Assembly: GCF_000010625.1 (NCBI RefSeq)
Contig: NC_010296.1
Coordinates: forward strand, 3,840,001-3,872,000
Direction of reading: 5' to 3'
DNA length: 32,000 nucleotides
From: Microcystis aeruginosa NIES-843
GTDB lineage: Bacteria; Cyanobacteriota; Cyanobacteriia; Cyanobacteriales; Microcystaceae
In this document: positions 6,640 to 15,853 of the stretch, one piece after another
Numbering within the stretch: the first letter of the stretch is position 1
Layout of the letters: each line of letters starts with the position of its first letter
Notes under the pieces: generated by a model
Databases searched by the model: none
Told to the model about the DNA's origin: nothing
The model's input: only the letters and a program-made list of their open reading frames with translations
Position numbers and translations under genes: made by a program

Positions 6640-7503
6640 TTACTGATGACTGAGAGGAGGTGCAGTTAGGGTGATTTCGCCAATTTGACCAGCTTTACCC
6701 ATTAATTGGGCAGGTTTTTCGTTAAGAGAGATTTTAACACCGCCAGCATTGCCCGATCGAATATTTAAACTCTTTTGGGCTGTCCAAGTTTGTTTAGTAC
6801 CGGGTTGGAGATTGCCTTCATGGACTTTTTGGCCATCGGCAATTACCCTTACCCAAGCGGCCTGTTCAATAGTTACCTGGGCTGAGAGGGGAACTTTTGG
6901 CTGAGGAGAAGGGGAAGGAGAGGCTATCGGTGCGGGAGGGACTACCGGCGCGGGGGAAACCACGGGGGAAGGAGAGGGAGTAAGGGCAGGGGGGTTAGAG
7001 AGAGGGGGACGGAGGAAAAGATAGCCAATACCACAAAATATGCCCGCCAGCAAGCCTAGCCAGAGATACATCCCGAAAAAGGTTGATTTAGCCGGTTGGG
7101 GGACAGTTTCCAGGGCTGGTTTTTCTGGTTTCACCGGTTCCACTTTTGGGGCAGCGGGTTCAGCCTTGGGGAGAGGGGTAACTTTTGTGGGCAGTGTTTT
7201 CGGGATAGTTACCTCTTGAGCTAATTGTTCCGCACTAGGAGACAAGCGATCGGCTAAAGCTTTACCATCAATTTTTAGAGCATCACCGTAGCGTTTGATA
7301 AATCCCTTGACATAAATTAATTCTGGTAATTTCTGCCAATTCCCCGTTTCCAACGCTTCTAGCATTGGTACTCTAATCATCGTCAGGGCGGCGATATCGT
7401 CTATGCTCAGGCCGCTTTCTTCCCGTTTTTGACGTAAATAAGTCCCGATTTCCTTGATTTGTTCGGCTTGTAGGGGACTGAGTTGACTCATAATTCCAGT
7501 CAT
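6640..7503 (-). CDS. rodZ: RodZ-like cytoskeleton protein (N-terminal HTH, Pro-rich linker, TM, C-terminal DUF4115)
   Basis: The HTH region is 'IGTYLRQKREESGLSIDDIAALTMIRVPMLEALETGNWQKLP..IYVKGFIKRYGDAL'. A TM segment 'FGMYLWLGLLAGIFCGIGYLFL' follows. The DUF4115-like end is 'AWVRVIADGQ..EGNLQPG..QTWTA...NIRSGNAGGVKISLN'. The start could be ATG 7491 (MSQLSP). Confidence 0.8.
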   Translation of the reverse strand: MTGIMSQLSPLQAEQIKEIGTYLRQKREESGLSIDDIAALTMIRVPMLEALETGNWQKLPELIYVKGFIKRYGDALKIDGKALADRLSPSAEQLAQEVTIPKTLPTKVTPLPKAEPAAPKVEPVKPEKPALETVPQPAKSTFFGMYLWLGLLAGIFCGIGYLFLRPPLSNPPALTPSPSPVVSPAPVVPPAPIASPSPSPQPKVPLSAQVTIEQAAWVRVIADGQKVHEGNLQPGTKQTWTAQKSLNIRSGNAGGVKISLNEKPAQLMGKAGQIGEITLTAPPLSHQ

Positions 7504-7736
7504 AATCTATACCAATTAGATGATAATCTCGATTTTGTTATTTTGGGATAATCTGTTCTCTAGAAGCTCCTTTTACCTTGTCATCATTACCGGCGAAAAG
7601 GTTCCAAAAAATGGCAAAAATCGGCAATACTTGCCAAAGTTAAGTTTTTTATTCTCGGTTGACTGCACTAGCTACCTAGTACATACATTTGTTCTCAATA
7701 CTTGTTTTTCTCCAACTCTCAGCTGATCCCTAATTA

Positions 7737-7956
7737 GGGCTGGCTGAATAAATCTAAAAACCTTGTTGGGTAAGACTTTTAGACCTTTTGTCAATCAAAA
7801 AGTACTGGATATGGGAGTGATCGGGGGGAAATTTAGGCACTTTTTCCCTGAAAATTAGGTAATTGGCCACCTCAAAACTGGTAAAACCCCACACCCCACG
7901 CCCCACACCCCACACCCCACACCCTGCCCCCAGGAAAAACTTTTTGCCGCAAACCC
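7737..7956. mobile_element. MITE (GGGCTGGCTGAA... family with internal CCCCACA heptamer array), copy 1
   Basis: It is alignable end to end with 31552-31765. It is flanked by direct repeats TAATTA (7731-7736 and 7957-7962), or CCCTAATTA if the terminal CCC is counted as flank. Terminal inverted similarity is gggctggctgaa versus ..ttgccgcaaaccc. Confidence 0.7.
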
Positions 7957-7961
7957 TAATT

Positions 7962-8465
7962 ATGACCTTGATTCCCCATCCCGACACCGCCCCCCTTAAC
8001 CTTACCTGTGCCGTAGTCACGGTGAGCGATACTCGTACCCCAGAGACGGATAGGAGTGGCCAAATAATTCAAGAGTTACTAACTCGATCGGGTCATGATA
8101 TCGGCCTATACTTAATTATCCCCGATCAACCCTTACAAATTCAAGCAATCTTACCAGAGATTAGTAATCAAAATCAGATAAAAGTCTTAATTCTCAATGG
8201 GGGTACGGGTATTGCTCCCAGAGACAATACCTATGATGCTTTAGTACCTTTATTAAGGATTACTTTGCCCGGTTTTGGCGAATTATTTCGTTATCTCAGC
8301 TATCAGGAAATTGGCTCCCGTGCCATGGCATCAAGGGCAATAGCTGGGGTTTATCAAAACTTATTAGTCTTTTCTCTCCCCGGTTCCACTAATGCCGTTA
8401 AATTAGCCCTAGAAAAACTGATTCTTCCCGAAATTTTACATCTGGTTAAACAGCTGAATGGATAA
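7962..8465 (+). CDS. moaB: Molybdenum cofactor biosynthesis protein B (MoaB/MogA family)
   Basis: Motifs are 'CAVVTVSDTRT...DRSG', 'LNGGTGIAPRDNTYDA' and 'LPGFGELFR..S..EIGSRAM.SRA.AG......FSLPGS..AV'. I prefer ATG 7962. The 33 upstream codons of the track ORF (from 7863) lie inside the MITE heptamer array. Confidence 0.85.
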   Translation: MTLIPHPDTAPLNLTCAVVTVSDTRTPETDRSGQIIQELLTRSGHDIGLYLIIPDQPLQIQAILPEISNQNQIKVLILNGGTGIAPRDNTYDALVPLLRITLPGFGELFRYLSYQEIGSRAMASRAIAGVYQNLLVFSLPGSTNAVKLALEKLILPEILHLVKQLNG

Positions 8466-8466
8466 T

Positions 8467-9078
8467 TTATTGGGATTTGATCTGGGCGGAAATTTCTTGA
8501 AAACATACATCCCAAAAATAGCCAGCTAGATTCACAGCACTTAACAGTTTAGGAATTCCTTCACTTAGACTAGCAAAACCTTGATTTTTAATCTGGAGAA
8601 AATCCATAGCAATCGCAAAAGTTAAAAGTGCTAAAGCGATGATTAAAATTTGGTAATAAGTTTGTCTTATTCGCCGCCAAAATGCTAAACCATAAATCAG
8701 AATTGCGAGGGCATAAACAGAGATAGTCAAGAATTTGGGAATATTAAAATAGAGGAGAATGATATGAATTCTGAAGATTTCATTGATGGCAAAAAGTCCC
8801 GTTATTATGCCAGAAAAAAGTAAAAAATTGTCAGAATTATTGAAACTTGTCTTGCGGGACAACAAAGTATAACTAAAAAGGCAAACAATCGGGGGCAGAC
8901 AACAAAGCAATTGAAAAGAATGGGTTAATAAACCAGCGAGCGGAGTTGGGGGAGTAGCGGGAGGATAAAATAAAAGACTAGAGTGTAATTTTTCCCGATC
9001 AACCCCAGCAATCAAAGCTAAAATCAAGAGGAGAACGACAAGATTTATTTTCAGAAAATGCTGTTCTCGTGAGGACAT
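8467..9078 (-). CDS. Hypothetical polytopic membrane protein
   Basis: This 203-codon ORF has about 5-6 hydrophobic segments. I do not recognise a family. Confidence 0.6.
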   Translation of the reverse strand: MSSREQHFLKINLVVLLLILALIAGVDREKLHSSLLFYPPATPPTPLAGLLTHSFQLLCCLPPIVCLFSYTLLSRKTSFNNSDNFLLFSGIITGLFAINEIFRIHIILLYFNIPKFLTISVYALAILIYGLAFWRRIRQTYYQILIIALALLTFAIAMDFLQIKNQGFASLSEGIPKLLSAVNLAGYFWDVCFQEISAQIKSQ

Positions 9079-9212
9079 AAGTATAGTAGTTTATAATTGT
9101 GGCTATTAACCACGGTATAATTCACAGAGTGCCGCTTTCTACAGGCTCGATCTACATACGGAAGCGCCAAGCATTTCCCTAATTGTGTTAAGGACAATTT
9201 TCTCGGTTTTCT

Positions 9213-9878
9213 ATGCTCGATCAAAAAGAACTTTTGTGTTTATTACAATTGGCTAGTCCCATTTTACCCGTGGGGGCCTATAGTTATTCCGAAGGGCTAG
9301 AAACCCTCGTCGAAAAGGGGATTATCTCCAATAGTGCCAGCTTAAATGATTGGTTAGAGCGATCGCTTTGTCAAGGCTCGATTCGCTTAGAAACGGCTGT
9401 TTTGCTAAGGGTATATCGTTGTTTTTGTCAAGAGGATTTTACAAAACTTAATTATTGGGACAATTGGTTATCGGCAACGCGAGAAACAGCCGAATTAAGA
9501 CAGCAAAGCTGGCAAATGGGGCGATCGCTGTTAAACTTATTGCGGGAGTTAGCGCCGGCCAGAGATAATCTACCAGAACAGGCTAATTATGCCACCGCTT
9601 TTGCGATCGGGGCAAGTCATTGGCAAATTGGCGAAGAATTAGCGGTTTTAGGCTATTTACACAGTTGGGCAAGTAATTTAATCAATGCAGGATTGCGTTT
9701 AATTCCCCTAGGGCAAACCCTAGGACAATCCCTTCTGATCGGTTTACAGCCCAGTTTATTAACAGCAACAGCAGATATTATCAGTTTAGCCGATGAAAAC
9801 CTGAGCAGTTGGAGTTGGGGGCTAAGTTTTGCCAGTATGAACCACGAAACCCAGTATAGTCGTCTATTTCGCAGTTAG
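9213..9878 (+). CDS. ureF: Urease accessory protein UreF
   Basis: The N-terminal signature '[21 protein letters not shown]' and the overall length are typical of UreF. No other ure genes are in the window. Confidence 0.9.
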   Translation: MLDQKELLCLLQLASPILPVGAYSYSEGLETLVEKGIISNSASLNDWLERSLCQGSIRLETAVLLRVYRCFCQEDFTKLNYWDNWLSATRETAELRQQSWQMGRSLLNLLRELAPARDNLPEQANYATAFAIGASHWQIGEELAVLGYLHSWASNLINAGLRLIPLGQTLGQSLLIGLQPSLLTATADIISLADENLSSWSWGLSFASMNHETQYSRLFRS

Positions 9879-10085
9879 AAATTAGCGATCAAATTTTTCA
9901 CTATTTTCTGGGAGAATATGCAAGTCTCTAGGAGTCTCTCTCTTAGGTTCAAGCCTAGGGATAAGGTAAAAAACCGAATAAGGTATAGTAAGATTAAAAA
10001 AAATCTTAAGTCCTAGTTCTCGCTTTCTGAGTGACTAAGGGTTTTAAGGAAAGATGCGAACACTCTACCTAGCCACAGTGTACCA

Positions 10086-11036
10086 ATGTTTAGTCAATCA
10101 GAAAAAATTCCCGTTTCGGTGTTGATTCCCGCCAAAAACGAGGAATCTAACCTTCCCGCCTGTTTAGAGAGTGTTGCTAGGGCTGATGAAGTGTTTGTCG
10201 TCGATTCCCAAAGTAGCGATCGCTCGATCGAAATATCTACAAACTATGGGGCTAATGTAGTCCAATTTTATTTTAATGGTCGTTGGCCGAAAAAGAAAAA
10301 CTGGTCCCTCGATAATCTGCCTTTTCGCAATGAATGGGTATTAATCGTCGATTGTGATGAGAGAATCACCCCCGAACTATGGGACGAAATCGCCAGCGTG
10401 ATCCAAGATCCCGACTATAACGGTTATTATCTCAATCGTCGCGTCTTCTTCCTCGGACAGTGGATCCGTTATGGTGGCAAGTATCCCGACTGGAATCTGC
10501 GTTTATTTAAACATAAGTCGGGCAGATACGAGAATTTAAACACGGAAGATATCCCCAACACGGGAGATAACGAGGTTCACGAACACGTTATCCTTGATGG
10601 CAAGGTGGGATATCTGAAAAATGATATGCTGCACATCGATTTCCGCGATATCTATCATTGGTTAGAAAGACATAATCGTTATTCCAACTGGGAAGCGCGG
10701 GTTTATTACAATATTCTCACGGGTAATGACGAAAGTGGCACGATCGGAGCGCACCTGTTCGGTGATGCGGTGCAGAGGAAACGTTTTTTAAAGAAAATAT
10801 GGGTAAAATTGCCCTTTAAACCGCTGCTGCGCTTTATTCTCTTTTATTTTATCCGTCTCGGTTTCCTGGATGGCAAAGCTGGTTATATCTACGGTCGTCT
10901 TTTGAGTCAGTACGAATACCAAATAGGGGTTAAATTGTACGAATTACGGCAATTTGGCGGTAAATTAAACGTTAATGCCCAGGCTAATCCCCCGGTTAAA
11001 CCCTCGGAACCTCAACCCGCAGAAATGATTAAATAA
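10086..11036 (+). CDS. Glycosyltransferase family 2 protein
   Basis: Motifs are 'VSVLIPAKNEESNLPACLESV...VFVVDSQSSDRS' and the 'IVDCDE' DxD-type motif. Confidence 0.85.
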   Translation: MFSQSEKIPVSVLIPAKNEESNLPACLESVARADEVFVVDSQSSDRSIEISTNYGANVVQFYFNGRWPKKKNWSLDNLPFRNEWVLIVDCDERITPELWDEIASVIQDPDYNGYYLNRRVFFLGQWIRYGGKYPDWNLRLFKHKSGRYENLNTEDIPNTGDNEVHEHVILDGKVGYLKNDMLHIDFRDIYHWLERHNRYSNWEARVYYNILTGNDESGTIGAHLFGDAVQRKRFLKKIWVKLPFKPLLRFILFYFIRLGFLDGKAGYIYGRLLSQYEYQIGVKLYELRQFGGKLNVNAQANPPVKPSEPQPAEMIK

Positions 11037-11041
11037 GTCCT

Positions 11042-11632
11042 ATGTCCCCAGAAATCCGCACCGATGAGGAAGCGTGGCTAGATCTGCGTACCTACGATCA
11101 ATCTTGGTTTGATCGCGGTCGTTCTAATCCAATTATCCTACTTTGGTGGTTAGTACAGGGGATTCTTTTCCCCCTTAGTTTGCACCAGATGGACAGCTTT
11201 CGCTGCGCTATTTTGCGACTATTCGGGGCTAAAATCGGCCTTGGGGTGAAAATTCGCCCGACGGCAAGGGTTACTTATCCTTGGAAAGTGGCGATCGGCG
11301 ATTATACTTGGATCGGCGATGATGTGGTGATTTATAGTTTAGATAACGTTACCATCGGCAGTCATTGTGTGATTTCTCAAAAATGTTATCTTTGCACTGG
11401 CAGTCACGATCCCTGCGATCGCTCTTTCAGCTTAAAAACCACTCCCATCCTCATTGGTAATGGTACATGGATCGCGGCCGATTGTTTTTTGGCTCCGGGG
11501 GTAAAAATTGGCTCTAATGTTGTTATTGGGGCAAGAAGTAGCGTATTTGCTGATATTCCCGCTCAAAAGGTCGCTTGGGGCAGTCCCTGTCGTCCTCAAT
11601 ACGATAGAAAGATGAATTCTTATAGTAAGTAG
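11042..11632 (+). CDS. Hexapeptide-repeat acetyltransferase (WcaF-like colanic-acid-type O-acetyltransferase)
   Basis: Left-handed beta-helix repeats are visible in 'IGDYTWIGDDVVIYSLDNVTIGSHCVISQKCYLCTGSHD...IGNGTWIAADCFLAPGVKIGSNVVIGARS'. It lies 5 nt downstream of the GT2 gene. The last codons AAG TAG lie inside the MITE terminus. Confidence 0.8.
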   Translation: MSPEIRTDEEAWLDLRTYDQSWFDRGRSNPIILLWWLVQGILFPLSLHQMDSFRCAILRLFGAKIGLGVKIRPTARVTYPWKVAIGDYTWIGDDVVIYSLDNVTIGSHCVISQKCYLCTGSHDPCDRSFSLKTTPILIGNGTWIAADCFLAPGVKIGSNVVIGARSSVFADIPAQKVAWGSPCRPQYDRKMNSYSK

Positions 11633-11839
11633 TCGTGCAAAATTAATTTCCTAGTCGAGACAGGAGACTCCGAGACAGGAGACTCCGAGACAGGAGACTC
11701 CGAGACGGGAGACTCCGAGACGGGAGACGGGAGACAGCTATTAGGGATCGGATTTGAGTTTTCAGTTCACTGTTTCCTCACACCAGAAGTCTGACGGAGT
11801 AGTGGCTTAGATGTGTAATTAATTTTGCTTAGGTACTTA
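11626..11839. mobile_element. MITE, TAAGTA-ended family, carrying a 15-bp tandem array
   Basis: The left end is taagtagtcgtgcaaaattaatt. The reverse complement of the right end is taagtacctaagcaaaattaatt. The same termini bound the element at 1156-1246. Confidence 0.65.
11656..11738. repeat. 15-bp tandem repeat (CGAGACAGGAGACTC), about 5.5 units
   Basis: Units start at 11656, 11671, 11686, 11701 and 11716, with an A-to-G variant in the later units. Confidence 0.9.
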
Positions 11840-12012
11840 GTTAAGCTTAAGAGGCATTTTATCTCAAATGTCGGGGTGAAGACTCAAATTTGTTCGTCCC
11901 AAAGTCGAAAGTCCTGCTCATAGGATGCCGTCATCGATTTATCTCCTTCTAAGCTCAATTAACATTATATTAATAATCCGCCAACAGTAAGCGCTTAAAA
12001 ACGGATTTGCTG

Positions 12013-13764
12013 TCAAAATGTGTTGTTTTCTTGATTGTCTGAAGATTGAACACGAAAGGGAGGCGCAACATAATCGGAAGGTAAATAATTTTCGGGAATG
12101 GTTGTTGTATTTCCATCTCGTAGGGAGGTGTAACTGGGAGAGAGAATCTCAATCCCAGCTTCATTACACTTGTCTTGAATATTTTGATGGAGTTCTGAAT
12201 AAATTATTACCATCAAATTGGGTTGGTTAGTGTAAGCGTTTAATTGATAACTGATGTAAAAATTATCTAGGCTAGTTTGCAGGACAAAAGGTGCGGGTTC
12301 TTTGAGAATATGCTCAGTTTCTAGAGCAGCTTCAATTAAGGTTTTGTGGGCTTTTCGCCAAGGCAGATCGTACCCTAGGGTAATCGTTGTCTGAATAATT
12401 AGATTTTTGTTTAATTCCCGCGAGGAAATACTAAAGTTAATCACATTACTACTTAATAAAGATGAGTTAGGAATAGTAATGATTTTATTAGTGGGAGTGC
12501 AAATGCGAATGACTAGGAAGTTTTTTTCAATTAGATCGCCAATTACCTCTCCTACCTGAATGTGATCTCCGATGCGAAAGGCACGGGTATAGATAAGAAT
12601 AATTCCCCCGATAACATTGGCGATCGCCGAAGTAGAACCAAGGGATAAAAGAAGACCTAGAAACACAGAAACACCTCGGAAAGCAGGGGAATCAAAACCG
12701 GGCAAATAGGGAAAAGCAACTATTGCTGCTATGGCAATAATTATGACTAATAGGATATTGTAAGTCGGTTTAGCCCAATCAGTATAAAAACCAGGAATAA
12801 CCAGATTTCCTCTTTCTATTGCTGTAAAAAAGGGCTTGATTAGCCCGATTAAGTAGTAGGTTATAAAAATGATTATGGCAATAATAAAGGCATTGGGAAG
12901 ATATTGGCCAATGGACGATAAAACCAGTTCTAATGATTGATAAAAATAACCTAAAATACTCTCGCCAAAAACTCTTGTCCAGGGAAATAAACGAAGTACA
13001 AATGTTGCATAATTAAATAATAATAAAAAGAGAACAAGTAAGCGAATTATCCGAAGAACTCGCAGCCAAAAAAAGCTTATATTAGAGGAAGATATAATCT
13101 CAACATTCCCTATTTTAATGCCTGGCGTCAAGGATTCAATCAAACGTCTAATAAAGGGAAATAGCTTCCCTGAAATTTTGATAACTGCAAAGCTAATAAT
13201 CAAGAAAGCAAAGGTGGCTATAACCGTATAAATGATGTTCTTAAGTAGTTGTTCGGGTTTTCGATCTTGGCGATATTGAGCGATAGCAACCTGAATTTTT
13301 TGTAAAGCTTGTTGAGCTAAAACCTTCGGCGTTGAACGATAGGCTTTTGCATCTCGCTCCGTCACCGTTAGAATCACTTCTTGATCTACACTTAAATAAA
13401 GTGAGTTATCATCAGGAATCTGCTCAATTGTCAGGTTCTCAATAGGAATAGAATCATTTTGAGCAATTCTTTCAATTCTCCGGGTAATAGCGTTAGCTCT
13501 CTCCTCCGCCGAAAATGAAGAAACTCCCCGCCGGATAAAAAAGAGAGTTTTTCCATCTAACATAACTGGAAAGCCGTCAATTTTATTTTCCGGTTGTGTC
13601 GGATTTTGAGCTATTCCCAAAAGAGGGGAAGTTAGAGTCAGTAGTAAAACTACAAAAAATATTAGCAAGGTATGCCCAATTTTTTTCATCCATCCTCTAG
13701 CTTTAGATGGTGTAGTTAGCATTAAATATCTTTGATTAATATCGACAAGTGGTACAAATTGCAT
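12013..13764 (-). CDS. Mechanosensitive ion channel family protein (MscS-like)
   Basis: The MscS core is 'GSTSAIANVIGGIILIYTRAFRIGDHIQVGEVIGDLIEKNFLVIRICTPTNKIITIPNSSLLSSNVINFS'. The likely true start is ATG 13689 (MKKIGHTLLIFFVVLLL..AQ, signal-like). Confidence 0.85.
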   Translation of the reverse strand: MQFVPLVDINQRYLMLTTPSKARGWMKKIGHTLLIFFVVLLLTLTSPLLGIAQNPTQPENKIDGFPVMLDGKTLFFIRRGVSSFSAEERANAITRRIERIAQNDSIPIENLTIEQIPDDNSLYLSVDQEVILTVTERDAKAYRSTPKVLAQQALQKIQVAIAQYRQDRKPEQLLKNIIYTVIATFAFLIISFAVIKISGKLFPFIRRLIESLTPGIKIGNVEIISSSNISFFWLRVLRIIRLLVLFLLLFNYATFVLRLFPWTRVFGESILGYFYQSLELVLSSIGQYLPNAFIIAIIIFITYYLIGLIKPFFTAIERGNLVIPGFYTDWAKPTYNILLVIIIAIAAIVAFPYLPGFDSPAFRGVSVFLGLLLSLGSTSAIANVIGGIILIYTRAFRIGDHIQVGEVIGDLIEKNFLVIRICTPTNKIITIPNSSLLSSNVINFSISSRELNKNLIIQTTITLGYDLPWRKAHKTLIEAALETEHILKEPAPFVLQTSLDNFYISYQLNAYTNQPNLMVIIYSELHQNIQDKCNEAGIEILSPSYTSLRDGNTTTIPENYLPSDYVAPPFRVQSSDNQENNTF

Positions 13765-13864
13765 AGGATTAAGTCAGATTTTTTTGTGTGTATTCGGGTA
13801 ATATTTAGGCATTACTGTCCTCGATGAGATGCAGCTCTTCTAGGTTGAGACAGGAGGGAAATTT

Positions 13865-14683
13865 TCACATCTGAAAGCTATTCTTGCAACTAATAGCACC
13901 ATCGACGTGCAGGGGAACTTGCCAGCCGGTTTCTCTGTTCAATGTTTCTAGAACATCATTAATTTCTTGGACGGGTTCATAACTACCATCAAAGGTACTA
14001 CCCATAATTGCAATTACCCCGATCGTATTCTCATCAATTAGTTTAATTGCCTCGGTCGCCTTGAGATGAAAACGATTCCCTTACATCGGCACAAAACGCG
14101 GTTCTACCTCCCAATAACGACAGAATTTTTGCCAACAAACCTGCACATTAATGCCCATGACTAAATTAGGTTTGTCGGTGGGTTTACCCTCTTTTTGTCG
14201 GCGTTTGCGCCATTGCCATTTTAAAGCCATGCCTCCCAACATCGCCGCTTCACTGGAACCAATGGTAGAACAACCGGTTGCCGCTTCGCTTTCGGGAGCA
14301 TTCCAGAGTCTAGCGATCATATTCACACAACGCAGTTCAATTTCGGCAGTTTGTGGGTATTCATCCTTGTCGATCATGTTTTTATCGAAGGTTTCCGCCA
14401 TTAATTGTTTGGCTTCCGGTTCCATCCAAGTGGTGACAAAAGTAGCCAGATTCAGGCGAGAATTACCATCAAGGGCGAGTTCATCGCGGATTAAATTGTA
14501 GGCCACCGCCGGCGGCATTTCTCCCTCGGGAATCTCGTATTTAGGTACAGCGGAAGTCAGGGCGCGGGAAGCATAGGTGGGGGTAATTAGTGCCTCTTCC
14601 GGACTAAGGCGATCGAGATTAATTTTCTGATGAACCATAACTTCCTTAATAAAATATCTTTTTTGCTGAGAGTCAATTACCAA
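13865..14683 (-). pseudogene. Glutamate decarboxylase (PLP-dependent, GadA/B-like), with in-frame stop and 3' truncation
   Basis: The 200-codon ORF carries Gad N-terminal motifs ('[14 protein letters not shown]', '[21 protein letters not shown]'). It ends at TAA 14081-14083. The same frame then continues as 'GNRFHLKATEAIKLIDENTIGV..GSTFDGSYEPV...PLHVDGA' and breaks off at 13865. The PLP-lysine region and the C-terminal 40% or so are absent. Confidence 0.75.
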
Positions 14684-15104
14684 TCATTCCAAAAATAATA
14701 GCAATAATCGAGACGGATAAAAAATAGGAAAGCATCCCTTGGGTTGCTACCAGTCGCCGCATCGCCGTACTATTAATACTTGTATTGGAGGTTTGATAAC
14801 AAGCCGCCATACAAAAACCTTGATAGAGAAATTCCGTCCAATTGGGTCGATCGCAATTGGGAAAAACTAGGCCTTTACCATCATGATAGTAGCGCACTGC
14901 ATATTCTTGGCTGTAGATCAGTTGTCTGGCTAACCAAGCACTAATAATACTAAATCCTGTTTAAAGGGTTAATTATTGCTACTATGGCAAGAGTGCCTCC
15001 TGCCTGACTTGCACCAGGAGTCTGTTAATAGCTTCGGAAATTGTCAAAACCGAGATGTAGTTACTCATTGAACACCACAAAGGCTAAAATATGGAGTGTT
15101 ATTT

Positions 15105-15659
15105 ATGAGCCATTTATCCCTATCCGAACAGATTACCGCGGAACTTCTAGCAATCCTGATCGAAGAAGAAGTCACCTATCCCTGGGATGTAACCGCTGTT
15201 GAGAGTCATGATCCCTTAGACCTGACAGAAACGCCTTTTTCTCTGTGTGAAGGACTGGAAGCGACGGCGATCGAAGCACAAGCTGATAGATTCTTTAATA
15301 GTTTACACCAAAAATTCCCGACAGTTTCCGTTTCACCCCGGTCTAATATCTTTGATAAATTTGCCTCTTTATTGCCGGCCGAACATTTAAATCGTCTAGT
15401 AGAAAGCGCTGAAAATCTAGTTAATAGTCAATTAGACAACCTTGATCGCCTTGTTGTTTGTCTTAGCGATCTCTTTCCCCAATGGTCTCCAGAAGATTTA
15501 CAGGTTTTTGCTCGTCCCTACGCCTATACTATGCGTAATGGCCAGAGCGAAACCAATATAGAAACCGCAAATTGGCAAAGTCTTTCCGAAATTGAACAAA
15601 TTCGCCGGAGTGCAGCCATTGCCAGCCAGATTTTCCGCGACCTGTCTTCTCCTCAATAG
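15105..15659 (+). CDS. Conserved hypothetical protein (acidic; cyanobacterial-type 'YPW' N-region)
   Basis: This is a 184-187-codon ORF with ATG 15105 or GTG 15096 as start. No family is recognised beyond a resemblance to cyanobacterial hypothetical proteins. Confidence 0.6.
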   Translation: MSHLSLSEQITAELLAILIEEEVTYPWDVTAVESHDPLDLTETPFSLCEGLEATAIEAQADRFFNSLHQKFPTVSVSPRSNIFDKFASLLPAEHLNRLVESAENLVNSQLDNLDRLVVCLSDLFPQWSPEDLQVFARPYAYTMRNGQSETNIETANWQSLSEIEQIRRSAAIASQIFRDLSSPQ

Positions 15660-15810
15660 TCATCTCATTTTATTTTGCACGACTACATTAGGTTACACTT
15701 CATCTTTATGAGAAACGCTATATCTCTTTATCTGATTTTTTGCTTTTTGTTTCTACCCGTCAGAAAGATTCTATAACTTGTGATTAACTTTGAAAGCACT
15801 TTTTAGGGTT

Positions 15811-15840
15811 GGATGCGTCATCAGACGCATCCTATATTTT
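15811..15840. terminator. Hairpin terminator candidate between formerly convergent genes
   Basis: A perfect 9-bp stem, ggatgcgtc-atca-gacgcatcc (15811-15832), is followed by tatatttt. It is embedded in the outer inverted repeat aactttgaaa (15787-15796) / tttcaaagtt (15838-15847). Confidence 0.45.
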
Positions 15841-15853
15841 CAAAGTTTCTTAC

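Noticed and set aside
7754-8020. An 88-codon minus-strand ORF, and the 33-codon N-terminal extension of moaB from 7863.
   Set aside because: Both are generated by the CCCCACA heptamer array inside the MITE (poly-PHT / GVWG peptides). The moaB homology begins at ATG 7962.
14673-14990. A 74-codon minus-strand ORF (GTG start) upstream of the gad remnant. The frame is open further upstream to 14960 or so without a start.
   Set aside because: No recognisable family and no ATG or RBS. It looks like a 5'-truncated leftover with a hydrophobic C-terminus, so there is not enough support to call it a gene.
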